Source: Escherichia phage ELT1
Sequence record: MZ892903.1
Reading direction: 5' to 3' (one strand)
Length of the DNA stretch: 64,000 nt
Part shown: positions 18,832 through 28,671 of the stretch, piece after piece
How the letters are laid out: each line of letters begins with the position of its first letter
Position numbering within the stretch: position 1 is the first letter of the stretch
Translations under genes and position numbers: made by a program
The notes under the pieces: generated by a model
What the model saw: only the letters and a program-made list of their open reading frames with translations
Database searches by the model: none
What the model was told of the DNA's origin: nothing

Positions 18832-20124
18832 CTATGCATGTTTTACTCGTTTTACCATTTCTTTCATTTTACCTAAATTCCATGGGACAACGCTAGGAGT
18901 TCCAAGATATCCGCATGTTCTTCTTATGGTGTTCATCTTTTTAGGATCAGTTTCTCCACAAATAGAACAAACAAATCCGTTTTCAGTAGGAGTCATTTCA
19001 TGGGTACTTCCACATGTAAAACATTTATCTACTGGCATGTTAACACCAAAATAATCTAAATGTTGCGCAGCATAATCCCATACGGCCTCAAGACCTTTTA
19101 AGTTATTTTTCATATCAGGAAGCTCAACATAAGAAATGTGACCACCTGTCGCAATGAAATGATATGGCGCTTCACGAGAAATCTTTTCAAACGGAGTAAT
19201 ATTTTCTTCTACTGAAACATGGAAACTGTTAGTGTACCAGCCTTTATCAGTAACATCTTTTACACTTCCATATTTTTCTGTATCGAGTTTACAGAAGCGA
19301 TAACAAAGGTTTTCAGCAGGAGTCGAATATAAACTAAAAGCAAATCCGGTTCTTTCAGTCCACTGTTTAAGATGGGCATTCATTTTAGTTAAAATTTCTT
19401 GTCCAATATCACGACCGACAAGAATATTCAATTCATGAATACCAATGTATCCTAAAGACACTGAACTTCTACCGTTTTTAAATAACTCAATTATGTCGTC
19501 ATCAGGTTTAAGACGAACCCCGAATGCACCTTCTTGGTAAAGAATAGGAGCAACAGTCGCTTTAACTCCTTTTAAGGAACTAATTCTACACATCAAAGCT
19601 TCAAAACACAAATCCATTCGTTCATTGAATAATTCAACAAATTTCTGTTCATTGAACTGTGTTCCAATATAAGAATCTAATGCGATACGAGGAAGATTCA
19701 GTGTTACAACACCAAGATTATTACGTCCATCAAGAATTTCATTACCAGTCGAATCTTTCCATACACTCAAGAAACTACGGCAACCCATTGGAGAAACAGG
19801 AACAGATGAACCAGTGATAGCTTTATTGTTCTTAGCTGAAATAATATCAGGATACATTCTTTTGCTTGCGCACTCTAGAGCAAGCTGCTTAATATCATAG
19901 TTCGGATCGTCTTTATAAAGATTAACACCTTCTTCAACGAACATAACAAGCTTAGGGAAAATAGGAGTTATCCCATCACGACCAAGACCTTTAATACGAT
20001 TTTTCAGAATTGCTTTCTGAATCATTCGTTCAGTCCAGTCAGTTCCCGTACCAAATGTAATTGTTACAAAAGGCGTTTGTCCATTAGAGCTGAAAAGTGT
20101 ATTTACTTCATCATTATATTCAGC
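18832..20124 (-). CDS. nrdD: anaerobic ribonucleotide reductase NrdD, exon 2 (5' boundary approximate)
   Basis: Glycyl-radical enzyme C-terminal part with Cys-rich tail CFTCGS...CSICG; ORF continues upstream into the intron. Confidence 0.7.
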   Translation of the reverse strand, partial: AEYNDEVNTLFSSNGQTPFVTITFGTGTDWTERMIQKAILKNRIKGLGRDGITPIFPKLVMFVEEGVNLYKDDPNYDIKQLALECASKRMYPDIISAKNNKAITGSSVPVSPMGCRSFLSVWKDSTGNEILDGRNNLGVVTLNLPRIALDSYIGTQFNEQKFVELFNERMDLCFEALMCRISSLKGVKATVAPILYQEGAFGVRLKPDDDIIELFKNGRSSVSLGYIGIHELNILVGRDIGQEILTKMNAHLKQWTERTGFAFSLYSTPAENLCYRFCKLDTEKYGSVKDVTDKGWYTNSFHVSVEENITPFEKISREAPYHFIATGGHISYVELPDMKNNLKGLEAVWDYAAQHLDYFGVNMPVDKCFTCGSTHEMTPTENGFVCSICGETDPKKMNTIRRTCGYLGTPSVVPWNLGKMKEMVKRVKHA

Positions 20125-21165
20125 ATGAGTCGCAAATTCATGCCCGTTTATATGAAACAACAAAATTTGGATAGTCCATAGATATGCAACGTTCTTTTAT
20201 AGTGCTAGGATGAAAATTTAGCGCTTTAGCTGCTTCTATATAAGACGTATACTTAATACCGTCAACAACCACATATTCAGGAACTTTATGAATAGTAGTC
20301 TTAATACTCAAAACAAGAGGATGAGTTTCGACTTCACTTTCAGTGCAATTTAAATATTCCGCTGCTTTTTTAAAACTTCTAAAAGTTTTATTTTTAAGCT
20401 TTATCGATACTTGTTTTTTACTTTTTCGACTATTGACATTATTTTGCACATGTTCCTTAGATCTTCCGTTTTTAGCATAATATTCAGCTACAGAAGATTT
20501 TATATTGTTTTTATGAGATTCGGATAACACTTTACCCTTATGAGCATCTCTTAATTTTTGAATATGTTCTTCAGTATCCGGATGCTTATAAAACTTTTTA
20601 CCGCCTATGGATTTATTTAAACATTTTTTGCTATAAAAATATTTACGTATGACCTCTTCTTCATGTTTTAATGCATCTTTATAACTATCAAATGTTTTTA
20701 AAATTATCCATTTAGTAGGTGTATCAGTTTTTAAGCGTTCATTTATATACTTAGATGACGTTGTGTAAGTTTTCCAGTTTGTGGGCTTGTTTTTAATTGT
20801 TCTAAATTTTTTATAACCGATATAAATGTCGCCATTAGAAAACTTAACTAAGTATGTAAATGCGTCTTTATCTTTTATTTTAGTACAACGTCTTTTTATC
20901 CATTTCATTGTTTCACCTCGTATTCATAAGATAATCTTATTTATACAAGATGACTGCTGCATGTCGCCATGCAGATTAGACTATATCTTCATCTTTCGAT
21001 GCCGGCCGTTTCGAATAGCATTAGCTTCTATTCTACACCGCTACATTCATCACGGTTAGTCGTTAGGCATTTAGTTCAAAAGAACATTTAGCACGGGATT
21101 GTCTACTAGAGAGGTTCCCCGTTTAGACCGGTTTTACATGAGCCTGAATTAAATTAACTCATACG
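20125..21165 (-). mobile_element. group I self-splicing intron in nrdD with embedded homing endonuclease (boundaries approximate)
   Basis: nrdD reading frame interrupted by about 1 kb containing an endonuclease ORF; about 240 nt of structured non-coding sequence between exon 1 and the endonuclease ORF. Confidence 0.6.
20138..20908 (-). CDS. intron-encoded homing endonuclease, I-TevII-like
   Basis: 256 aa basic ORF inside the nrdD intron; GIY-YIG-like N-terminus (DIYIGYKKF). Confidence 0.75.
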   Translation of the reverse strand: MKWIKRRCTKIKDKDAFTYLVKFSNGDIYIGYKKFRTIKNKPTNWKTYTTSSKYINERLKTDTPTKWIILKTFDSYKDALKHEEEVIRKYFYSKKCLNKSIGGKKFYKHPDTEEHIQKLRDAHKGKVLSESHKNNIKSSVAEYYAKNGRSKEHVQNNVNSRKSKKQVSIKLKNKTFRSFKKAAEYLNCTESEVETHPLVLSIKTTIHKVPEYVVVDGIKYTSYIEAAKALNFHPSTIKERCISMDYPNFVVSYKRA

Positions 21166-21694
21166 CCTGGAATGCATCGTATACGTCTTTTTCTGTTTTA
21201 GATTGGGCATAATTCAACGCATCAGCGATTTGCCATTTTTCTGCATCCTCAATATGTTTTGCATAGGTGCGTTTAACATAAGGAGAAAGTACTTTATCTA
21301 CATTCGCAAAAGTCGTTCCGCCATATTGATGGGAAGCAACCTGCGCAGTAATTTGTGCCATAATTGCAGTAGCAACACCGATTGATTTAGGAGTTTCAAT
21401 CTGTGCATTACCAAGCTTAAATCCGTTCTCAAGCATTCCTTTTAAATCTACTAAACAGCAATTAGTAAATGGAAGAGCAGGGGAATAATCAATATCGTGC
21501 ACGTGAATAATTCCGCTTTCATGCGCTTTCATAATAAAAGACGGGACCATATTTTTGGCAATGTGTTTAGACACAATACCGGCCATAAGGTCCCGTTGAG
21601 TTGGAAAAACACGAGAATCTTTATTAGCATTCTCGTTTAAAAGGTCTTTATTAGTTTTATGAATCAATCCTTCAATTTCTTTTTCAATTGTCAT
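21166..21694 (-). CDS. nrdD: anaerobic ribonucleotide reductase NrdD, exon 1 (3' boundary approximate)
   Basis: N-terminal part of class III RNR; ORF terminates inside the intron. Confidence 0.7.
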
Positions 21695-22164
21695 TTTAAA
21701 CTCTTTCTAAGCTGCTTCTTAAATGAAGCTATTAATTGTGTTTTGGTGTCAGATTCATTATATTCAAATCCTCTTTGAAGCATCTCAGCCATCATTTCCT
21801 CTTTTCCTAAACGAGAAAATTCCTTTGATTTATCTCCAACGAAGTTAGGGTGAATATTATTTTGGGTGTAATCGGATTTTAAATAAGTAAGTAAATTTTC
21901 TAACCATTCAAGATAATCAACACCTTGTCCCTTTAAGCCAGAACGATTAAATTTGTGCTTCATTTGACCTTCTGCAGCATTGCAGAGATTACAAAGCAAT
22001 CCACGTATCTTTCCTGCTTTTGGTCCATTTAATTCATGGTCATGGTCGAGGTGATTAGCTTGAACATCAGGATTTAGTTCTCGTTGGCAAATTAAGCATT
22101 TACCGTTTTGTGCATTATAAAATTTTTGTTTTTCTTCTTTGTATAATTTGCCAGTCAATAACAT
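21691..22164 (-). CDS. 49: endonuclease VII (Holliday junction resolvase)
   Basis: 157 aa as in T4 gp49; Zn-binding cysteines and HNH-like core. Confidence 0.9.
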   Translation of the reverse strand: MLLTGKLYKEEKQKFYNAQNGKCLICQRELNPDVQANHLDHDHELNGPKAGKIRGLLCNLCNAAEGQMKHKFNRSGLKGQGVDYLEWLENLLTYLKSDYTQNNIHPNFVGDKSKEFSRLGKEEMMAEMLQRGFEYNESDTKTQLIASFKKQLRKSLK

Positions 22165-22213
22165 AATAAAACCCTTACCTTAAATAGATAAGGGTATTTA
22201 TTATTTTCAAGTA

Positions 22214-22678
22214 TTAAAACGCTCGGTCAGAAAAAGAAATTTGAGTTTCAAGCCATTCAATATATTCTGCCGCGGCTTGCATCAAATTTCCTTCATAACC
22301 ATCGTTATTTTCTTGTGCAGCTAATTTAGCTAATGCATATGAAATGCGTTCACCTTGAAAAGCGGCTTTAGGTTTATGAATAGCTTGATCAACTCGTTCT
22401 ACGACTTCTTCAATTTCGCCATTTTCTACTGATTCAGTATTCCACAAGCACCAATACGTAATTGGCTTATCGTAGATGTTAATAATCTTTCCATCAGAAA
22501 GTTCAATTTCAATAATTCCAGTATCAGGTTCTATATCATCTTCACATTCTTTTGCAAGTTCACGAACTTTAAAGACAGTACCTGCACTAAGTTCCGGCCA
22601 GTAATTACACAGCCCTATATCAGCACGATTAATTCTAAACCACTTATCTACTGTAATCATGTCCCATCTCCATATCAA
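22214..22678 (-). CDS. hypothetical acidic protein (possibly pin)
   Basis: 154 aa ORF in the pin/49.x position; identity not verified. Confidence 0.35.
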   Translation of the reverse strand: MIWRWDMITVDKWFRINRADIGLCNYWPELSAGTVFKVRELAKECEDDIEPDTGIIEIELSDGKIINIYDKPITYWCLWNTESVENGEIEEVVERVDQAIHKPKAAFQGERISYALAKLAAQENNDGYEGNLMQAAAEYIEWLETQISFSDRAF

Positions 22679-22783
22679 TTAAGTCATTTATCGTAGGTTC
22701 ATTATATACTGTTTCTTCATCAGTGTAAACCGGTTCTTCCGGCTCTGGCTCTACAGTTTCCCATCTAGCCGCCCACCAGGGTT

Positions 22784-23104
22784 TTATAGCGTAATCCATT
22801 CTCGTATTGTCTGGGTTACTACACGTTCACGGGGCTCGACTAATTCAACAGTCGGAACTGCATAATACCAGTCAGAATGGTAAGAACCTGAACGGCATTC
22901 ATTTACGGAAACATGTACATTATGTTTTGGGCTAAAATAAACACACTGCCGATATTGGCATTTGCCATCTTGTACCCAGTCTTCTATTTCGATAGGTTTA
23001 AGATAATCCGAAAAATCGAAATCATAATTTTCTGAAAATGCATCATGGTCTTCGATGATTTCACTCAGAACTGCATCAACATCTAATTTATTTTCAATAT
23101 TCAT
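22784..23104 (-). CDS. hypothetical protein
   Basis: 106 aa Cys-containing ORF. Confidence 0.4.
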   Translation of the reverse strand: MNIENKLDVDAVLSEIIEDHDAFSENYDFDFSDYLKPIEIEDWVQDGKCQYRQCVYFSPKHNVHVSVNECRSGSYHSDWYYAVPTVELVEPRERVVTQTIREWITL

Positions 23105-23114
23105 TTTTCACCAA

Positions 23115-23324
23115 TTAATTTCGCAATTTATTAAGTTCTTCATAATCAATCCAGGATTCTAATCCTGATGGCAAATCAGATTCAATTTCCCAAAGAAGTT
23201 CTTCAATTTTATGAAGACGATCTAATTCTTCAGCTGGAATAGTAACCATTGATGGAGTTCTTGATACACTAATATCGTAAATCATATTTACCCCAGTTTG
23301 ACCATGCAATCGCCGTATTTCCAC
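23115..23324 (-). CDS. hypothetical protein
   Basis: 69 aa ORF. Confidence 0.35.
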   Translation of the reverse strand: MEIRRLHGQTGVNMIYDISVSRTPSMVTIPAEELDRLHKIEELLWEIESDLPSGLESWIDYEELNKLRN

Positions 23325-23503
23325 TTAGAAATAGACTTTTCGCCATTAGAATAATAAACTTCGAGTTTAGCACGGTTATTTTTAATTTGAATAATCTTTG
23401 CTGTCATCAAAGTTCCATATCCATAGTAAACTGCAACTTCATCACCTACATATACCGCGCTTCCACGATAATCATGGATATAATCAGTTCCTTCGAGCAT
23501 CAT
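23288..23503 (-). CDS. hypothetical protein
   Basis: 71 aa ORF. Confidence 0.35.
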   Translation of the reverse strand: MMLEGTDYIHDYRGSAVYVGDEVAVYYGYGTLMTAKIIQIKNNRAKLEVYYSNGEKSISKWKYGDCMVKLG

Positions 23504-23763
23504 TTAAAGTATTCCCGCAATTGGTCAAATCCACCAATATGACTTCCATCAGGAGCAAATACCTGAGGCATTGTCAAGCCGATTTGAGTATCACGACCTA
23601 GTTTAGTCAGAAGCTCAGCAATTTTCTCATCATCAAAAACACCTTTTTCCGGCATAATGTTGATAAATTCAAACGGCTGTTTCTTCACAGTCAAGAGACG
23701 TTTTGCATTATCGCAATACACGCATTTGTGGATGTTGCTATCATAACCATATACTTTAAACAT
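23500..23763 (-). CDS. nrdC: thioredoxin/glutaredoxin NrdC
   Basis: 87 aa as in T4 NrdC; CVYC active site. Confidence 0.85.
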   Translation of the reverse strand: MFKVYGYDSNIHKCVYCDNAKRLLTVKKQPFEFINIMPEKGVFDDEKIAELLTKLGRDTQIGLTMPQVFAPDGSHIGGFDQLREYFK

Positions 23764-23764
23764 A

Positions 23765-24007
23765 TTATTCCTTAATTCCTAGTACTTGTTTAAAAGTCTC
23801 GTCGTAATCAAGACTTTGGCCCGTTTGTTCTTTATGTTTGTATATAATATCACTTACTTCTGATAGCATATTTTTATATGAACGAGTTAAAGCAGATTTA
23901 AACACGCTGTATCTATCAGGAAATTTACCATGTTCATTATAATACGCTATTGCTAATTCACGGACTGCCTTTTCAGCAGTCTCCATATATTCTTTACGCT
24001 TGGCCAT
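23765..24007 (-). CDS. hypothetical protein (nrdC.x), start trimmed
   Basis: Internal ATG chosen; N-terminal part of the track ORF overlaps the upstream gene in another frame. Confidence 0.3.
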   Translation of the reverse strand: MAKRKEYMETAEKAVRELAIAYYNEHGKFPDRYSVFKSALTRSYKNMLSEVSDIIYKHKEQTGQSLDYDETFKQVLGIKE

Positions 24008-24308
24008 TTTCTTCTCGGTCAAATCGGTGTTTACAATGACGACATTTATAACGAAGATTACTAGTCTGCCAATGGACCAATTGCACCTGTTCAGTTCCAC
24101 ATTCAGGGCAATTAGGAACGTTTTTAGAAGCCCTTTCACGACGTTCAACCATAACCATTACAGAATCCCAATTAACAGGAGGGCTATAATCATCACAACC
24201 ATGAATCTTTCCACGCATTTCCAGATCGTCTTCTTCACCAGCCATAATAATTTTAATTAGACTAGAATTACTTGAAGCTGCAATGTCTTCTAATAGACGC
24301 TTTTTCAT
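23994..24308 (-). CDS. zinc-ribbon protein
   Basis: 104 aa; CPECG...CRHCKH four-Cys motif. Confidence 0.4.
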   Translation of the reverse strand: MKKRLLEDIAASSNSSLIKIIMAGEEDDLEMRGKIHGCDDYSPPVNWDSVMVMVERRERASKNVPNCPECGTEQVQLVHWQTSNLRYKCRHCKHRFDREENGQA

Positions 24309-24655
24309 TTCAATACCTCAATAGCATTGCGTAAACCATTTGCTTTTGCATTAAGAGCTTTTAACAATTTGGTGTGTTCTGCAATTTGGGCTTCAACTTC
24401 AATCAAACGAGCATTGAGATATTCGCGTTCTTCACTCAGATTATCAGCCTTTTCTGCTTTAGGTTCTTTTACAACTTGCTTATATGTATTAGGGTTCTTC
24501 AGTTTAATTAGAATGCGTGAACTGTACAGCATTGAACCATTATCTTCGGTTTCGTCATACATTTCCACTACGTCCATCATCTCCACCATCGTGCAGAGTT
24601 TATAAGACAACGAACGAATAATTTTGTTGTGCTTATTAATTTCTCTAGCTGTCAT
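24305..24655 (-). CDS. hypothetical coiled-coil protein
   Basis: 116 aa ORF. Confidence 0.4.
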   Translation of the reverse strand: MTAREINKHNKIIRSLSYKLCTMVEMMDVVEMYDETEDNGSMLYSSRILIKLKNPNTYKQVVKEPKAEKADNLSEEREYLNARLIEVEAQIAEHTKLLKALNAKANGLRNAIEVLK

Positions 24656-24695
24656 GGTGCCGAGATTACGTGAGTAATAATAAGGAACCTGGATA

Positions 24696-25235
24696 TTAAT
24701 TAATTAATACTGATGAACCACCTGGCTTGTGTGTTACTTCATCAGCAATAACCCAATCCTTAACATGAACTGTATTTGTACGGTCATCGCCCGCGGTAAA
24801 TAGTTTACGAGCATGCTTAAAAAGCATATTCACTTGGTCATTGAATTGACAAGCGAATTTATCAGCAAATTTAGTTTCGGGAATGGTAGATAACCAATCA
24901 GCCAAATGGGTCTTTTTAACATCGTTAACAATAGTAAATTCAACCAAATCGGTTATAGATGTCGCAGTTTTAATGAATCTCGGCTTCATAAAGTTTTTAA
25001 TGTTATCGCGAGCTACAGTAGAAGATAACATACGAGAACGTTTAAACCATTCAAGTAAATTGCCTAACGAATGAGAATAAGCGTTCTGAGTATCTTTACA
25101 GATATGATTTTCCTGGCCAACATACTGAAGGAAATCACGAAGAATATTATTGATTACTGCTCTGTGTCCTATCTGATAATCACGATGTTTAGTAATAAGA
25201 CTGTCAAAATAATCAATATAATGTTTACGAGTCAT
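24696..25235 (-). CDS. hypothetical protein
   Basis: Start trimmed to internal ATG downstream of the promoter at 25264-25292. Confidence 0.4.
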   Translation of the reverse strand: MTRKHYIDYFDSLITKHRDYQIGHRAVINNILRDFLQYVGQENHICKDTQNAYSHSLGNLLEWFKRSRMLSSTVARDNIKNFMKPRFIKTATSITDLVEFTIVNDVKKTHLADWLSTIPETKFADKFACQFNDQVNMLFKHARKLFTAGDDRTNTVHVKDWVIADEVTHKPGGSSVLIN

Positions 25236-25263
25236 ATTAATCTCCTCAGTAGAAAGTAAGAAC

Positions 25264-25292
25264 ATTATACCACATCCTTGTGGCGAAGTAAA
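25264..25292 (-). promoter_or_regulatory. T4-type early promoter (TTTACT-N17-TATAAT)
   Basis: Consensus -35 and -10 with 17-nt spacer. Confidence 0.5.
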
Positions 25293-26312
25293 CTAGTTTA
25301 GTGCATTGTTTAGTTTAGAACGTTGCTTCGTGAGATTTTTGACTTTTTCTTGAGCTTTTTCTAGCATCTTTTCAGCTTCTAACACTTCATTAGTTGCTTT
25401 AACGAGTTCATCATCTACTGCCTTGATAGACTTCTCAATCGCATCCGCGTGCCATTTTTCAACAGGTTTAAGACTCGGATTTTCAACAGGAAGAAAACTC
25501 ACTTTATTAAGTTTACATGCATCTATATTGCTTGAGCTATACATCCAAAATTTAGGATCGTTTGATAAGTAATTGGATAAATTTAAATTTAAGGTATCTT
25601 GCACTTCTTGCTTTTTCTCTTGCGGGACTTCGTCCTTTCTCAAAAAATCGTATTTAAATGAAACGATCATATCAAGTTCATATGTTGTTGTGTCTAATTT
25701 AAATCGCTCAAAACGAGGTAAAATCTTAGATTGAACAGCAGAAACAACATCCATATACTTAAATGCTTCTGTCAACTGCGATTTAAGGCATTCGCAAATT
25801 GAAAGAGAATTTTTTGTATTAGGTTTAAAGCTAATTCGTGCAGTTCTATTATTTTCTTTTAATGGTCTTACTTCCATCTGAAGAGTATAACCATCAAATT
25901 TCAGGTTCTTTAAGTTAATGTCAGAACCTTTTAATCGACTAGCCGTCGACAAAATTTGCTTTAATTGTTTACGGAATAGAGCAATAAATCTCCATTCAAT
26001 ACGATAATGATTTGGATTGAAAAATCCAGATGATAAATCGACCTTACTCTGACCAACGCCTTGAGCAAATAGAGGATTTTTATAATCAATGGTTTTACAG
26101 AAATCGGTGAGCTGCTCACGAGCCGTCATTTGTGTAATATACCCCGCTTTACTAAAATGACGTAACCATTCACTGCTATTTAGATATTTAAAGTGATGAA
26201 TAGCACGATTAACTTTATCAGGGTCTAAATTATTTTCACACAAAAATGTCATAACATTACGAGTATCGCTGGCAGTACGAACCATATCTTCAATTTGAGA
26301 ACGAGTTTTCAT
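25293..26312 (-). CDS. hypothetical protein with C-terminal coiled coil
   Basis: 339 aa ORF. Confidence 0.5.
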   Translation of the reverse strand: MKTRSQIEDMVRTASDTRNVMTFLCENNLDPDKVNRAIHHFKYLNSSEWLRHFSKAGYITQMTAREQLTDFCKTIDYKNPLFAQGVGQSKVDLSSGFFNPNHYRIEWRFIALFRKQLKQILSTASRLKGSDINLKNLKFDGYTLQMEVRPLKENNRTARISFKPNTKNSLSICECLKSQLTEAFKYMDVVSAVQSKILPRFERFKLDTTTYELDMIVSFKYDFLRKDEVPQEKKQEVQDTLNLNLSNYLSNDPKFWMYSSSNIDACKLNKVSFLPVENPSLKPVEKWHADAIEKSIKAVDDELVKATNEVLEAEKMLEKAQEKVKNLTKQRSKLNNALN

Positions 26313-26320
26313 GGTATTCC

Positions 26321-27244
26321 TTAAGATTTAAGTAAATCGACAATTTTAATTAACTTTTCACGCTCAGATTTAGCTTTACTACTCAGTCCAGATAGTCTGA
26401 AAATTTCATCATCATATTGTTGAATAGAAATATTCAGCTCTTCAATCTGTTTATTAAAATAATCAATTTGTTCAGAATGTTTTTCGTTACTACGAACTGG
26501 TACAGGTTTCGTAGGCAATGTAGTTGAACTGGATTCATCCGGGCGATAAATTAAAATACAACTTGAACCAATAGAGCATTTTGCACCAGATGAATATTCT
26601 AATGTTCCAACTTCTTTTAAAACTTCAAAAGCTAAACAGAGATGATGCCCCATATTGACATAATCTGTAGAGCGAGCTCTGATGTAATAATCATCTCCAC
26701 GAATACTAAATTTAAAGAATTTAAGGTCTTCTGTATTATTGGTCTTAAAAATCATTTGTTTATCTAGACCTTTAGCTAATCGAGCACCTAATGCTAATAA
26801 TCGTCGTTGATTTTCCCACAAATCCGCAATCATTTGGTCGAATGATAATTTTGGCATTAGTCGACCATAAAGGTCATATCCTTTATTATAATTGCGAAGA
26901 ATTTCACTCGCGTTAATGCGAGACAACGCTCCAATTTTATTAAGGACTTTCATGATGCGATTAGATAAAAGCATTCCAGACTCGTTTGTTCGTTGTAAAT
27001 GTTTTTCTAATCCAAATCCAATATCAACTTTAAATTTATCTAAAATTTCAGCATGAACATCTTTATCAATAACATTTAAATTTAGTACTGGGTTAAATTT
27101 ATGAAAAAATTTATCTGACTCGTCGCGTTGAAGTACAGTCCATTCATTTGATTTTTTATTAACTAAAGATTTAATTACTGCATTGACATTATTAATTGCT
27201 ACTGACATATTTTCCTCACTCAATTTCAATTTTACTAAATACAC
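26321..27244 (-). CDS. hypothetical protein with C-terminal coiled coil
   Basis: 307 aa ORF. Confidence 0.5.
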   Translation of the reverse strand: MYLVKLKLSEENMSVAINNVNAVIKSLVNKKSNEWTVLQRDESDKFFHKFNPVLNLNVIDKDVHAEILDKFKVDIGFGLEKHLQRTNESGMLLSNRIMKVLNKIGALSRINASEILRNYNKGYDLYGRLMPKLSFDQMIADLWENQRRLLALGARLAKGLDKQMIFKTNNTEDLKFFKFSIRGDDYYIRARSTDYVNMGHHLCLAFEVLKEVGTLEYSSGAKCSIGSSCILIYRPDESSSTTLPTKPVPVRSNEKHSEQIDYFNKQIEELNISIQQYDDEIFRLSGLSSKAKSEREKLIKIVDLLKS

Positions 27245-27623
27245 AGAATATGATGGAACAGACTATATAAGCACCACACACAGATTGAACTAATACCATT
27301 CCAAAGAACCAAACAATATTATCAAACAATGTCTGTTTTACGTCAAAAGGACGTAAACTTACAGTAATATTATCGCCTTTTTCTATTGAAGAATACATCT
27401 CTGGGGAAATATATTCACTAAATCTATAACCGTCTTTGAGTTCATATATAGCAATAAACGATAAACTAGACCCCTTTCCTTGTGTTCCTGTAATAGTATT
27501 AACTACAGTAACATCATAATCTTTATAATGCATATAATCATTAATTGCGTAATAACCATATGCAATTGCTATACATAAACAACATATCAATAAATTCAAT
27601 CTTTTAATTATCAACTGTTTCAT
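27216..27623 (-). CDS. membrane protein
   Basis: 135 aa; N- and C-terminal hydrophobic helices. Confidence 0.45.
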   Translation of the reverse strand: MKQLIIKRLNLLICCLCIAIAYGYYAINDYMHYKDYDVTVVNTITGTQGKGSSLSFIAIYELKDGYRFSEYISPEMYSSIEKGDNITVSLRPFDVKQTLFDNIVWFFGMVLVQSVCGAYIVCSIIFCVFSKIEIE

Positions 27624-27653
27624 AATAATCTCAATTAAAAGGGCTTAGAACCA

Positions 27654-27677
27654 TTATACCATCCTTGGTATAAAGCA
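27654..27677 (-). promoter_or_regulatory. candidate MotA-dependent middle promoter (TGCTTTA-N12-TATAAT)
   Basis: MotA-box-like TGCTTTA 12 nt upstream of TATAAT on minus strand. Confidence 0.35.
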
Positions 27678-27678
27678 G

Positions 27679-28206
27679 TTATGCGAGTACCGTCTTTAAC
27701 CGTTCTTCAAACTTCCGAAGAGTATTTTGGCGTTCAGCTCTTTGCTTTTTGTAAGTTTCAATACGCTCTGAAATGAGAGTGTATCGTTCATTTACTGATT
27801 CTTTCATAAAATCAGGAATTTCACGAGAAGCTTTAATCTCGTCAAATTTATCAATAACAGCTTGCTCTTCAGCAATTAAGTTATCATACATCAAAATATC
27901 TTTCTTGATGAACTCAATATCTTCTTGAGTTACACGAGATAATTTAGATGCTTTATCCTTTTTGTACTGTTCGTTAGTATCACGAGACCAGTGTAATGTA
28001 CGATTTTTATTCGTATTCTTGTAAATTTCTACAATACCAATCTCATCAATAATAACGATCCAATTCCAACGGGATTTGTAAATTTGTCCTCCATCAACCG
28101 TGATTTCACCTCCGATTGAGATGTCATTAAAGAACTTGCTTTGTGCTTCAGATTTAAATTTACCATCGTTGTAATTTACCAGGTTGAAAATATCTTTAGC
28201 GTTCAT
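27679..28206 (-). CDS. hypothetical protein
   Basis: 175 aa ORF downstream of an early promoter. Confidence 0.45.
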   Translation of the reverse strand: MNAKDIFNLVNYNDGKFKSEAQSKFFNDISIGGEITVDGGQIYKSRWNWIVIIDEIGIVEIYKNTNKNRTLHWSRDTNEQYKKDKASKLSRVTQEDIEFIKKDILMYDNLIAEEQAVIDKFDEIKASREIPDFMKESVNERYTLISERIETYKKQRAERQNTLRKFEERLKTVLA

Positions 28207-28234
28207 TTTGTGTTCCTCCGTAGTTGATAGTTGT

Positions 28235-28263
28235 ATAGTACCACAGAGGAACAGTCTTGTAAA
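28235..28263 (-). promoter_or_regulatory. T4-type early promoter (TTTACA-N17-TACTAT)
   Basis: Consensus with 17-nt spacer. Confidence 0.55.
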
Positions 28264-28266
28264 CCA

Positions 28267-28581
28267 CTAAAAGAAACTTCTTTCACAATTTTTTCCACTG
28301 AACCATGCGCTCACTGCTTTCTTAGTCTCAGGAGCAGTGTTATCCATAAACCATTCAAAGGCAGCCTTTTTATGATTCTGGAGGGCTTCTCGGGCTTTAA
28401 TCTGCTCACGGTCTATTAACACTAACATATGAGCCTTTCTTGTCACCAGGGGCTTCTTATGATTTTTTGAATACTCCCAATCATTTGTCCATCGCATCGT
28501 TGTTGCGAATTGAAGTACAGCTTCTTTAATCTTAGTTTCGTAAATTTCACGAGCCTTTGAGTATAACATCATTACCTCCAT
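28267..28581 (-). CDS. hypothetical basic protein
   Basis: 104 aa ORF. Confidence 0.4.
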   Translation of the reverse strand: MEVMMLYSKAREIYETKIKEAVLQFATTMRWTNDWEYSKNHKKPLVTRKAHMLVLIDREQIKAREALQNHKKAAFEWFMDNTAPETKKAVSAWFSGKNCERSFF

Positions 28582-28671
28582 TTACCAGTTTAATTCTAGT
28601 CATCTTTTTAACGGCAGTCCATATAATCTATTTCTGAACTGCCTTTTTGTCTTAGAAGTCCTCTTATGAAT

